Shown: one piece after another, positions 23,076 through 31,988 of the stretch
Layout of the letters: each line of letters begins with the position of its first letter
How positions within the stretch are numbered: the stretch's first letter is position 1
Virus record (IMG/VR): IMGVR_UViG_3300029675_000009
Span: 1-61,888 of that record
From: a virus
Strand: one strand, 5' to 3'
Length of the DNA stretch: 61,888 nt
The notes under the pieces: model-generated
Told to the model about the DNA's origin: nothing
The model's database searches: none
Seen by the model: only the letters and a program-made list of their open reading frames with translations
Made by a program: the position numbers and the translations under genes

Positions 23076-23870
23076 ATGAAAGGAATCGAAATATTCAAGA
23101 ACGATCTTTTCGGTGAAATTAGAGTAGCCGGGACAAGTGATAACCCCTTATTCTGCTTGGCGGACATATGCAAGGCGGTCGAGATAACGAATAGCAGAAA
23201 CGTGAAGAACAGGTTAGATGAAGAGGACGTCCATCTGGTGGACACCCCTACTACCGGCGGTATGCAATCGATGGTCTACGTATCAGAAGCCGGGATGTAT
23301 GATGCGGTATTAAAAAGCGATAGTCCAAAAGCTAGACCTTTCTCTCGTTGGATAACACACGAGGTTCTCCCCTCAATCCGCAAGACCGGAGGTTACATGG
23401 TCGCCAAACCGGAGGATACCCCGGAGGAGATCATGGCACGAGCATTGACCATAGCGCAAGCCACTCTATTAAGGAAAGAGGAACGGCTAAAAACGCTTGA
23501 GATCGAGAATGAGCATAAACAGGCCACGATAGAGCTGCAAGCGCAAGAGTTAAGGATATCCGCGCCAAAAGCGGAATACTGCGACAAGGTTCTTTCATCC
23601 AAGGGTTATCTCACGGTTAACATGATAGCCTCATGCCTAGGTATTTCCGATATCAAATTGAACAAGCTGCTTTGCGAGTGGGGCGTGCAATACAAGGAAA
23701 GCGGCACATACTTTCTTTACTCTAAATACAGGGACAAGGGGTTTACCTTTCACAAGCCACATCCATATACGGATAGCAACGGCGAGATAAAGACACGCCA
23801 GCATATGTATTGGACGGAGGCCGGGAAGAAGTTCATCCTTGATTTGTATAACCTTAAAATTTCAGCCTAA
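23076..23870 (+). CDS. Antirepressor (BRO-N domain plus KilAC-type C-terminal domain)
   Basis: The BRO-N pattern is FGEIRVAGTSDNPLFCLADICKAVEI...ARPFSRWITHEVLPSIRKTGGY. The C-terminal segment is YLTVNMIASCLGIS. Confidence 0.85.
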   Translation: MKGIEIFKNDLFGEIRVAGTSDNPLFCLADICKAVEITNSRNVKNRLDEEDVHLVDTPTTGGMQSMVYVSEAGMYDAVLKSDSPKARPFSRWITHEVLPSIRKTGGYMVAKPEDTPEEIMARALTIAQATLLRKEERLKTLEIENEHKQATIELQAQELRISAPKAEYCDKVLSSKGYLTVNMIASCLGISDIKLNKLLCEWGVQYKESGTYFLYSKYRDKGFTFHKPHPYTDSNGEIKTRQHMYWTEAGKKFILDLYNLKISA

Positions 23871-24694
23871 TGAGAGATAAACCTTTTTATGAGATGTTAT
23901 CACGCATAGATGATGACAGTTTATTGGCCAACTTTTTCAATAAGGTGTTAGGGAATTTGGATATGGCGAGAATCGTATCCGCACCCCGTACTTTTCGTCA
24001 TAAGGATGATGAGAATAGCCGATATTACATTGATCTTTTTTATGATACATGCTTGTGGGAAATGTATCTGCATCAATCCATATACAAGCTGAAGGGATGG
24101 ATAAGAACACTGGATGAATACCTGATAGAGTTTGATGGGAACTGGAAATATTACGCTTCCTCGAAACGTATCGAGAGCGTTAATGAATATGGCGGCGATA
24201 GCGATGACTATAACGAGGATGGGAGCGTTAAGGTCATCGATATCCCCAATGACAGGCTTGAGCCTTACTCAGTCATAAGGGAGTTGGTCTGTGACGATTG
24301 GACTGATATCGTTCAAGAGACCAGCCCGAAAGACTTGGAGAGGCTCTACGGATGCCTACAAGCAAAGGCTAATTTTTCCATAACTGATTTTATCAAGGTC
24401 AAAATGGGAGTTGATATCCCTATGTATCAAAAAGATGATAACGGTAATATGGTTAAGATGGGATTCGCAGACAAAGTATTGCATAAGGCCGCTGAACAGA
24501 ACAATTCAGAGGTCATGGGATCGTATGTATTGTTGGCATGCTATTGTATGCATGATCTTGTCTCCGCCATAAAATCGTTAAATCCATTTGAAGATAACGT
24601 GGAGGCATTGACTAGCGTAAGGAATGACTCAATGCGGCTTCTATCCATGTCCTTTAGTAATATGGATGTCGTAAAAAAATACATGTCATCATAA
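23870..24694 (+). CDS. Hypothetical protein (last plus-strand gene)
   Basis: ORF track, 274 aa. Confidence 0.6.
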   Translation: MRDKPFYEMLSRIDDDSLLANFFNKVLGNLDMARIVSAPRTFRHKDDENSRYYIDLFYDTCLWEMYLHQSIYKLKGWIRTLDEYLIEFDGNWKYYASSKRIESVNEYGGDSDDYNEDGSVKVIDIPNDRLEPYSVIRELVCDDWTDIVQETSPKDLERLYGCLQAKANFSITDFIKVKMGVDIPMYQKDDNGNMVKMGFADKVLHKAAEQNNSEVMGSYVLLACYCMHDLVSAIKSLNPFEDNVEALTSVRNDSMRLLSMSFSNMDVVKKYMSS

Positions 24695-24939
24695 CAGGCA
24701 CATCAAGTGTCTAATCCGAGCCATCACCTCATAGAAGTTGACAGGCTCGAAATCGAGAGAATCAACCAACCGATCTAGTTCGCGTTTGGAGGATTCTCTC
24801 ATTTCTGTATGTTGCTTACCTTTTTTCATTATTAACGAGTGGACACCATAAGAAAAACAATAAGATTATCCACATATACCCTGTACCTGTTGTGTCCCTT
24901 TGATAAGGGAGAGGTCTAACCAAATGCGAGGATGATCGT

Positions 24940-25221
24940 TTAAGCCGTTTCGCCAGCAACATTCTCTTTCGTGTCTGATCCATCTTCTGTTTGTTTAGGT
25001 GATATATTGTTCCAATTCATTCCCCCAATCATAGAAGCCACTTGCGAAACCATACCTTGAGGATCATCCGTGTCCTTCAAATCCAAATCCTTTTGAAGAA
25101 AGTTATATATTTCTTCCGCTAAAGGAGTAAACTCCAATTTTTCCCCTTTTTCGCGCGCCTCATTTACGGATTCCGTCGCAAGACGAGCGGCCTCAATTTT
25201 TAAATCTGCTTTTGTTACCAT
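24940..25221 (-). CDS. Hypothetical acidic protein
   Basis: ORF track, 93 aa. Confidence 0.5.
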   Translation of the reverse strand: MVTKADLKIEAARLATESVNEAREKGEKLEFTPLAEEIYNFLQKDLDLKDTDDPQGMVSQVASMIGGMNWNNISPKQTEDGSDTKENVAGETA

Positions 25222-25268
25222 TTTCTTTTCTTTTTTTTTGTTGATAAATATGTCTGTTTATCTCGTTT

Positions 25269-25676
25269 TTATAGACAATTGCAATCACAAATGAACAGCT
25301 GGATATCGGGAGCTAGCTTTCCTCCTATGTACCCGCTTAGGTAAGCTATCTCTTCTCCACCCACATCCATATTTAAGGCTATAGCCATGTGATCGGTCAA
25401 GTGCCGGCACTCGTGGAACAACGAATTGGAGAACTCCCTGTAAGACGAGGTCCGGCCTATCACCATGACGGATTCCCGGCTGCGGTAATTCGAATAGGTC
25501 AGTCCCACGTCCAGCTTGCAGGATCCTACGTTGCCATAAGCCTCCCGTATCTTGCTTTCCGGGCAACCGGCCCTCCTCAATAGGGCTATGATATCGGATA
25601 TCCTCGAGCAGGTGACGTTATACAGCACGTGGATCACCCAATCGTATCTCTTGATATGGTAATCCCGTCGTATCAT
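25269..25676 (-). CDS. Putative zinc metallopeptidase (HExxH)
   Basis: 135 aa with the motif LFHECRHLTDH. Confidence 0.5.
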   Translation of the reverse strand: MIRRDYHIKRYDWVIHVLYNVTCSRISDIIALLRRAGCPESKIREAYGNVGSCKLDVGLTYSNYRSRESVMVIGRTSSYREFSNSLFHECRHLTDHMAIALNMDVGGEEIAYLSGYIGGKLAPDIQLFICDCNCL

Positions 25677-25855
25677 CTCCTTACCGTCTTGAACTCCCGC
25701 TCTATCCTCCTCCTTTGTTGCCGGGTGAGATTGGTTGCCTTGAGATTGCCCACCACCTCGGATACCTTGTCAAAATCCTTCTCTGGCATACTCGCCAGCA
25801 CGTCCTTGGGGGACTCTCCCTTCAAGATCCTCAGTATGTAGCCCCAGCCTCCCAT
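25673..25855 (-). CDS. Small hypothetical protein
   Basis: ORF 25673..25900. ATG at 25855 overlaps the upstream stop (TGATG coupling). Confidence 0.45.
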   Translation of the reverse strand: MGGWGYILRILKGESPKDVLASMPEKDFDKVSEVVGNLKATNLTRQQRRRIEREFKTVRR

Positions 25856-26265
25856 CACATCATCTCCTCCCAGATTATAGGCGTGCCGGACCCGATGCAA
25901 TCAGCGTAGAACCGGGTGAACACTATCCCGTCGTAAGCGTCCGGATCGTCGCAGACGTTCTTGACATAAAGAGCGGCGTACTGCTCGTTAGGCACTGAGG
26001 AGCCAAGGTAATCGGCCTTGCACATGTTGGCGGCGTAAACATAATCGTATCCACCCTTTTTCTTCACGTCAACGCTATACTTCTTCAGCATCTCATCCAC
26101 CTGTTCCTTCGTGAAAGGGGTTATCTTGACCTTCTTCCCGTTTCCGTCCTCCTTCTCCATCATGGATACGGCCCAATCGCACATGGCCTTGGAAAAATGC
26201 CAGCCATACGCCTTCAGGTAGGATCGCATCCCGGAAGGGAAATCATCATACATATCTAGTCTCAT
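25855..26265 (-). CDS. Hypothetical protein
   Basis: ORF 25855..26307, with the likely start at ATG 26265 (MRLDMYDD). Confidence 0.55.
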   Translation of the reverse strand: MRLDMYDDFPSGMRSYLKAYGWHFSKAMCDWAVSMMEKEDGNGKKVKITPFTKEQVDEMLKKYSVDVKKKGGYDYVYAANMCKADYLGSSVPNEQYAALYVKNVCDDPDAYDGIVFTRFYADCIGSGTPIIWEEMM

Positions 26266-26309
26266 ATTCCTCTGTTTTTTAGGAGGGGGAAACCGGTCCC
26301 CCCTCATGG

Positions 26310-26627
26310 TTATCTACGATATCGTCTCGAGTAGCGTCCGGTGCCCGGTACCCCACGGCGATTGCCATAGCCTCCCCCGGATGATCCACGACCGCCGCCA
26401 CGGTTGCCGTAGCCGCCACGCTCCCACATCTCACGGAACTCGTCGTCGTCCTCGAACTCATCGTCTTCGTCTTCCTCCATGCGGTTGCCATAGCCTTCCA
26501 TGGCCTTCCGCTTTCCTTCCTTACAGCCAAGCTTATAGGCCTCCTTCGCCAGTTCCAACATATCCTCGTCTTCCATGGCGTCGAATTCCTCGATCAGCTC
26601 TCTCAGTTTTCTGCTATATGTTCCCAT
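26310..26627 (-). CDS. Hypothetical protein with an acidic centre and an RGG/Gly-Arg-rich tail
   Basis: ORF track, 105 aa. The sequence includes EEDEDDEFEDDDEF and GGYGNRGGGRGSSGGGYGNRRG. Confidence 0.55.
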   Translation of the reverse strand: MGTYSRKLRELIEEFDAMEDEDMLELAKEAYKLGCKEGKRKAMEGYGNRMEEDEDDEFEDDDEFREMWERGGYGNRGGGRGSSGGGYGNRRGVPGTGRYSRRYRR

Positions 26628-26628
26628 A

Positions 26629-27174
26629 TCACTCTGTTTTTTTATTTTTGTTATTATTACCGTTCACGGAACCGACAAGTTGCTCCATCATGGCAACCAA
26701 CCTTGCGTTAGCCTCCTTCAGATCGGACATCTCGTTTCTCATGTTAGCGATCTCACTCTCCCTCTCCTTCTCCCGGGCAAACTCAGGGTTCAGTATTACC
26801 AGCATCTTCTCGCACCCCTCAATCACGGATTTATGGTAATCGATGCTGTCAAGTGCCTGTCGGCTTTGCTGCATCATGGCGTTGATCTCCGTATTCAGGG
26901 CACCTAGATCGCATGACACAACCAGTTTCTCCCCATTTGTAGTGGGGTAATCCGTAATGGTAACGTCGGACAAGACGTTGGAGAAGCTGACGTTGTCCTC
27001 ACCTACCTTGGCCTTTATGTCCACCACGATTTTAGCTTGCGGACCATACATGTTGAAATTTGGATTCTCCGGTCTCGGAGGGGACACGCTGACTATGCTT
27101 CCAACCTCACAAAAAGGCGTATTCCCCTTATGAAGGATATATAAAGGATTCCCTTGTCTCTGATTCTTGAACAT
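26629..27174 (-). CDS. Hypothetical protein with a C-terminal coiled coil
   Basis: ORF track, 181 aa. Confidence 0.6.
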   Translation of the reverse strand: MFKNQRQGNPLYILHKGNTPFCEVGSIVSVSPPRPENPNFNMYGPQAKIVVDIKAKVGEDNVSFSNVLSDVTITDYPTTNGEKLVVSCDLGALNTEINAMMQQSRQALDSIDYHKSVIEGCEKMLVILNPEFAREKERESEIANMRNEMSDLKEANARLVAMMEQLVGSVNGNNNKNKKTE

Positions 27175-27227
27175 ATTTATTGGTTTTTATGAGAGCCGGA
27201 TCGCTCCGGTCTCTCGTTGATACTCTC

Positions 27228-27572
27228 TCACACCACTCCCGTCATTATCTGGAGCGTATTATTGCCCGACTCATAGTAACACAAGTAGATTCCGGTGCCG
27301 GTTATATCGGATGCCGTGACATCTGCGCCGTTAATGGTCGTTAGCGCCTGCGTGGAGCCGTTCGTGTCAAACACTACCGGCAACGTCCCGGTAGTACCAG
27401 CCGGGATAGGCTGGGCCAGACGGAACAAGATCAACCCGCTAAACGGGGCTGACAGGAACGGGTGATTGCGGAAGGAGAAACGAACGTTGGTCGTCCCGAC
27501 CGTAACGCCCGTGCTCTCCAAACGTGGGATACCGTTCTTGTTCGCCATTATGAAAGGACTAATGAATGCCAT
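27228..27572 (-). CDS. Hypothetical beta-rich protein
   Basis: ORF track, 114 aa. Confidence 0.55.
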   Translation of the reverse strand: MAFISPFIMANKNGIPRLESTGVTVGTTNVRFSFRNHPFLSAPFSGLILFRLAQPIPAGTTGTLPVVFDTNGSTQALTTINGADVTASDITGTGIYLCYYESGNNTLQIMTGVV

Positions 27573-27600
27573 AACTCTTTATTTTTAGGTTATTAACTCA

Positions 27601-28575
27601 TTATCCCCATCCGTTGCCGAAGTTTCCCCAGTTACCGAGACCTAGGCCTAATCCGTACTGGGCGGCCACGCAAGTGGGTATGCCTACCACGGGGGAGTAA
27701 GGAACCTTTGCCACCTCCGGCTGGTTACACTCGATCTTGGCCAATCTTGAGCTCAAATCACCCAAGGCGTTACCTAGAGGGGCGGTCTGCGCCTGTAGAG
27801 TAGCGGCGAAATAGGCGTTCTGGTTGCTTTGGGAGATCTGTCCTTTCAAGGCTAGGTTCTCCGCCGTCAAGCGATCCATCTTGTCTTGTTGATACAAGTT
27901 CTTGAAATCACGAACCTCGTTGATGATATCACGGGTGTTCTGCAGACCTGAGTCACGGAGAGTCAACGTGTTGTTGTTCATCGTATTCACCAGCGTGTTT
28001 GTCTGGTTGCAGCTAGCCAATTGGTTCTCGTAGCCCATCTTAGTGATGTTGTTGTTAACCGTGCAGCAGCACTCGGCGATCTGGCTCAATAATTGATTGT
28101 TACCACTTTGGACGGCGTTAATGATTTGTTGGGAACTCATGCCTACTTGGTTACCCACGCTCTGGATCTGTCCTTGGATCTGGCAGATAGCGTTTTGTAA
28201 TTGTTGGGTTGAGCAATTCAAGGAAGATGACAATTGGCTGATAGCCGTTCCGTTTCCTTGGATAGCGTTCATCAACAATTCACGACCAGCGTCATTGTTC
28301 AATTGAGCCGGTAATCCGTTAGCCCCGTTGTTGCCGAAGCCGTTGCCACCCCAGCCTCCCCATACGAAGAACAGGAGGATGATCCAGATCCACCAGCAAC
28401 CACCACCGCCCCAAGCGTCTTGATTGCCCTTATTGTTCATCAAAGCCGCTACCAAATTGGGGTCCAATGATTTTCCACCGCCACCCATCAAGCTCGGGAG
28501 AAAGGCCATGATGTCAAACTTACTTCCACCGGAATTACCTCCTTCGGGAGTACCGATAAAATAATTTCTGTCCAT
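27601..28575 (-). CDS. Gly/Trp-rich membrane protein with a Gln/Asn-rich coiled region
   Basis: ORF track, 324 aa. The TM segment is CWWIWIILLFFVW flanked by poly-Gly, and the C-terminal tail is GLGLGNWGNFGNGWG. Confidence 0.6.
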   Translation of the reverse strand: MDRNYFIGTPEGGNSGGSKFDIMAFLPSLMGGGGKSLDPNLVAALMNNKGNQDAWGGGGCWWIWIILLFFVWGGWGGNGFGNNGANGLPAQLNNDAGRELLMNAIQGNGTAISQLSSSLNCSTQQLQNAICQIQGQIQSVGNQVGMSSQQIINAVQSGNNQLLSQIAECCCTVNNNITKMGYENQLASCNQTNTLVNTMNNNTLTLRDSGLQNTRDIINEVRDFKNLYQQDKMDRLTAENLALKGQISQSNQNAYFAATLQAQTAPLGNALGDLSSRLAKIECNQPEVAKVPYSPVVGIPTCVAAQYGLGLGLGNWGNFGNGWG

Positions 28576-28711
28576 TATCTTTAATTTTTGTCGTTAATCC
28601 GGCACCATTACCGGACACGACAAAAATCATGAGAAGGGATTTGCTAAATAAATATCTCCTTGCTAGCTTGTTGCGAAGTTGTTGCTAGTTCTTTGCGGAA
28701 GGGGATGACAC

Positions 28712-28738
28712 AAAAAAAGCCCCCAGATTTTTGGGGGC
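28712..28738 (-). terminator. Rho-independent terminator downstream of hicB
   Basis: The 7-bp stem is GCCCCCA (28719-28725) with TGGGGGC (28732-28738). The A7 run at 28712-28718 reads as U7 on the minus strand. Confidence 0.8.
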
Positions 28739-28765
28739 CATAGGAAGCATAAGGATAGCGGTTAA

Positions 28766-29212
28766 TTATAGATTTATAGCCAATAATTCCTCTCCTAGTT
28801 TATGAAGGGCATTCTCCAATTTAACGGTTTGCTCTGGGCGTGGGTTACGTAAACCTGACGCATAATGCCATAATTGCTTTTGGTTTATGCCCGTAATACG
28901 TTCTAATCCAGCTTTTGTGAATATCTTTGAGTAGAAATCCAAAAGAGATTTAACATCCATTTTAAACGCCAAACAATACTCACCTTTAAGTGCCTCTGGA
29001 ATAGCATCGCCAAACTCATTACATTCATCTATTAGTACGTTAATAGAATCAATTATACATTTTTTAATTTCTTCCACGCTTTTACCTGTTGCCACGATAC
29101 CATCCACTTCTTGCAGATATGCCGAGTAATTATTATCGGTTCTCTCGATTATAACAGTCAACGTTTTCATATTGATATTTTTTAGGTTCATGTTTGCTAA
29201 TTTATCACTCAT
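28766..29212 (-). CDS. hicB: HicB-family antitoxin with a C-terminal HTH
   Basis: The N-terminal domain LTVIIERTDNNYSAYLQEVDGIVATGKSVEEIKK is HicB-like. The gene follows hicA. Confidence 0.8.
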   Translation of the reverse strand: MSDKLANMNLKNINMKTLTVIIERTDNNYSAYLQEVDGIVATGKSVEEIKKCIIDSINVLIDECNEFGDAIPEALKGEYCLAFKMDVKSLLDFYSKIFTKAGLERITGINQKQLWHYASGLRNPRPEQTVKLENALHKLGEELLAINL

Positions 29213-29262
29213 CCAAAATGAAAGCAGGACTGGCTATATGTCCTGCTATCCATTGGATGTAA

Positions 29263-29475
29263 TCAAATTTTATCAAAGTCAGACTCGCTTAGCCCGGCTT
29301 GTTTTAATATTGATTTTAGCGTACCGATTGCTAGATCGTCACTAGGACTCCCCGGAATAGGAATAGAACGGGGTTCTCCGTCTTTCCTGAATATCCTGTG
29401 ATCTCCTCTAGTTCTTATGTGCGCCCATCCATTCGCTTCCAATAAGGCAATAACAGCCTTGATCTTTCTTACCAT
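29263..29475 (-). CDS. hicA: HicA-family mRNA interferase toxin
   Basis: 70 aa. The segments LLEANGWAHIRTRGDHRIF and IGTLKSILKQAGL are diagnostic. Confidence 0.85.
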   Translation of the reverse strand: MVRKIKAVIALLEANGWAHIRTRGDHRIFRKDGEPRSIPIPGSPSDDLAIGTLKSILKQAGLSESDFDKI

Positions 29476-29525
29476 GTGCTAATCCTTTTGGTTAATAAAA
29501 TCATCATCTTGGATGAATGAACGCA

Positions 29526-29533
29526 CAAAGATA
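29526..29533 (-). promoter_or_regulatory. Candidate -7 box (TATCTTTG on the minus strand) for hicAB
   Basis: The plus strand reads CAAAGATA, about 50 nt upstream of the hicA ATG. Confidence 0.4.
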
Positions 29534-29626
29534 ACTATTTTTCTATCACCTACAATATTTTCGGTAACTTTTTTTCTATCATTAGTATAACATTTGAACT
29601 TTGAAAAAGTTATAATATAATCATAA

Positions 29627-29917
29627 CTATTCATTTATGCTATCTTTAACGCTCTCCACCGTCCTCCTCAGATAGTAACTCCTCTTGATCCTGTCCGGGT
29701 ACAAGTTACGCATCCTGTTGACCGCCTGCCTCGTCATTCCCGTCAGATCGGATATGATATTGTCGCTTAACTTGCGATCGGCCAGTATGGTTATAGCCAC
29801 TCCCCTAGCGTCAACATTGCGTTCTTTGTTGTTACTAAACATCATTATCGGATCGGTCCCGCACTCCTTGCATACCGCCTCTATCACTTTTTTGTAAAAA
29901 ATTTCCACCTTATTCAT
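29627..29917 (-). CDS. Small HTH protein (DnaA C-terminal-domain-like)
   Basis: 96 aa. VIEAVCKECGTDPIMMFSNNKERNVDARGVAITILADRKLSDNIISDLTGMTRQAVNRM resembles DnaA domain IV. Confidence 0.45.
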   Translation of the reverse strand: MNKVEIFYKKVIEAVCKECGTDPIMMFSNNKERNVDARGVAITILADRKLSDNIISDLTGMTRQAVNRMRNLYPDRIKRSYYLRRTVESVKDSINE

Positions 29918-29987
29918 AAACTTTTTATTTCGTGGTTTGTTTTACTATCAAAGCCGGGCACAAAAAATGCACGGCAGAAAGACTTAT

Positions 29988-30068
29988 AAGAATCTTCCCG
30001 TCGTGCGTGGCATGAAAAAATAATCAAACTTCCGATCCGATTATTTAGGGAAGATTCTTTTTTTCTTT
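29988..30068 (+). terminator. Long hairpin with a plus-strand U-tract (orphan terminator-like element)
   Basis: The 12-bp stem is AAGAATCTTCCC (29988-29999) with GGGAAGATTCTT (30048-30059), followed by TTTTTCTTT. No plus-strand gene lies upstream. Confidence 0.4.
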
Positions 30069-30212
30069 ATCTTCCCTTTCCGGTTCGTTCTCACGAAGTC
30101 ACCATCAAACTAATATTAAATTAATCATGAACAAAAAAACGTCAGCCCTTGTTATTCATATAACGCATTCATTCTATTATCAGAGGTTTCTCGGGCGTGA
30201 GCCATGGAAGCC

Positions 30213-30695
30213 TCACCAAATTCTATAAAACCCGCCTATCCCGACATAGGGTGACAAGCCATGCTTTCCGATCCCATAACCGGCTATCGCGCCGATTCCC
30301 CATCTACGGGGGGAGATCGTCTTGGTTATATACTCAGTCCTTCTATAAACCTCGATGTAATCAAGATTAGGCTTATAGCCGGATATAAATAACCGATAAT
30401 CATTCGTCTTGTACTCCTTTTGAGTTATCGGTACCGGAACATATATGGATTCCTTGACCGTATCGCCATCCAATGTAATATAGATAGGGAACGGCTCCGG
30501 TATCGTCTGCACCAATGTCTCGTAAACAGGATACGGGATACTGTCACGGATCGTGTCGGTTATTAATACGGTATCGGATTTAGACACGACTTTATCAGTC
30601 ACATCCCCCCCCCGGATATGGTAGCCAACCGTGAAACTGGCTACCAAGCACACTAGTATTAATATAACCAGCCATGCTCTCATAACAGATTCCAC
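30213..30695 (-). CDS. Membrane-anchored protein of the lysis cassette (spanin-like position)
   Basis: 160 aa with the N-terminal TM segment AWLVILILVCLVASFTVGY. It overlaps the lysin gene. Confidence 0.45.
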   Translation of the reverse strand: MESVMRAWLVILILVCLVASFTVGYHIRGGDVTDKVVSKSDTVLITDTIRDSIPYPVYETLVQTIPEPFPIYITLDGDTVKESIYVPVPITQKEYKTNDYRLFISGYKPNLDYIEVYRRTEYITKTISPRRWGIGAIAGYGIGKHGLSPYVGIGGFYRIW

Positions 30696-31090
30696 CCCGC
30701 AATAACATCCGACATATCTGCCTCTCTCCCATTCTCCACCTTGCTCATCCCGGCCACAATCCGGATCATTTGCTCACGATCATTTGCATTGATCGGATCA
30801 TCGGCAGGGATACCGGCACAATCAGATACGGCCTTGATATAGGCATCTGTATTATTCTCGTTTTCCGGCGCCCAGCGACCTATCATCTTGCGGATCGTGT
30901 CCAGCTTATAGTTCCGGTAATAGTTAGACAGTATCTTGAAGATCGCCCGGTAGCCATACGCCATCGTCTCAAACTGTTTGAACGACTTGTCCTTGCTCGG
31001 ACGTATCTCACCTTGGAACAAGTCTCCGTTGATCCGGATGTTTCCCGGGTTGTTGTTCCGATACCCACGAGGTAAATTATTTTTCCCCAT
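30680..31090 (-). CDS. Putative peptidoglycan hydrolase / endolysin (RNNNPGNIR motif family)
   Basis: 136 aa. The motif is GYRNNNPGNIR, and the gene lies between the holin and a membrane protein. The family assignment is from memory (phi6 P5-like). Confidence 0.5.
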   Translation of the reverse strand: MGKNNLPRGYRNNNPGNIRINGDLFQGEIRPSKDKSFKQFETMAYGYRAIFKILSNYYRNYKLDTIRKMIGRWAPENENNTDAYIKAVSDCAGIPADDPINANDREQMIRIVAGMSKVENGREADMSDVIAGWNLL

Positions 31091-31093
31091 ATT

Positions 31094-31570
31094 TTACTCT
31101 CCTTTCTTCTTTTTATTCATGGCATTGGATAAAGCGTTTGTCAAAGCGTCCTCCAAAACCTTTTGCGTTACAACCTTACCGATCATGTCGGCTGTCTTAC
31201 TCGCCTGCCTCCTTTGTTTGGCGTCAGCCTTCTCCCAGATAGACCGAACCTCCGTTATCAAGATAAATACGGTCACTATCGAGGATACGACCGGGACATT
31301 GGTCAAGAAAGGCAGATGGATAAATTCCCAGAACCGGCACACGTAGCAAACCGAGTCTATCCCGCACGCTATACATACGCTACCAGCGTAAAGTATGAAC
31401 TTACTGACCGTCCTACGCATGCCATACGAATTACGCTCCTCGCCCCTCAATTTAGCCTTGTAATAACCCGAGGCGAAATCCCACCCCATCGCCACCATAA
31501 CGATGAACATCTCAAACACGACTACAGTCAGTAGCTCCCTCATACTGCAAATCATTTTAAAAAATTCCAT
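31094..31570 (-). CDS. Holin candidate
   Basis: 158 aa with 3-4 hydrophobic segments and a charged C-terminal tail, immediately upstream of the lysin. Confidence 0.6.
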   Translation of the reverse strand: MEFFKMICSMRELLTVVVFEMFIVMVAMGWDFASGYYKAKLRGEERNSYGMRRTVSKFILYAGSVCIACGIDSVCYVCRFWEFIHLPFLTNVPVVSSIVTVFILITEVRSIWEKADAKQRRQASKTADMIGKVVTQKVLEDALTNALSNAMNKKKKGE

Positions 31571-31595
31571 TCTTCCGATCCTTTTTTTTATTTAG

Positions 31596-31988
31596 TTATA
31601 AAACCACTATGCTCTCCTCCTCTCTCGCCGCCTCCCACTCGGCGAAATCGCTATCCACACGGTCTTTCAACGCCTTCCTCTCGTTAAGGAACGTCTTATA
31701 AGACTCCACGTATGACAAGTCCAATATGCCTAGCTGGGCGGCGTTGTAGTCGTTCAGCTTCTTTTGCTCCACGTCCTTGTCCCATAGGGCGTTGATACAG
31801 GCCTCCAATATCTTGTTGGCAGTTAACGTGGCCCATATCCTGACCTCGTTGTAACTATAGGAGATCACGGGGGCCATATCGTCACCCATCTCCCTTGTCT
31901 CCTCTCTAACGTCCCACCGGTACAGGTAGGAACCGTCACCGTCCCGCTCTATTTTAGGCGGCATTGTGTCGCTCCATGATCGCTTCAT
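31596..31988 (-). CDS. Hypothetical protein
   Basis: ORF track, 130 aa. It overlaps the RT 3' end by 35 nt. Confidence 0.5.
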   Translation of the reverse strand: MKRSWSDTMPPKIERDGDGSYLYRWDVREETREMGDDMAPVISYSYNEVRIWATLTANKILEACINALWDKDVEQKKLNDYNAAQLGILDLSYVESYKTFLNERKALKDRVDSDFAEWEAAREEESIVVL

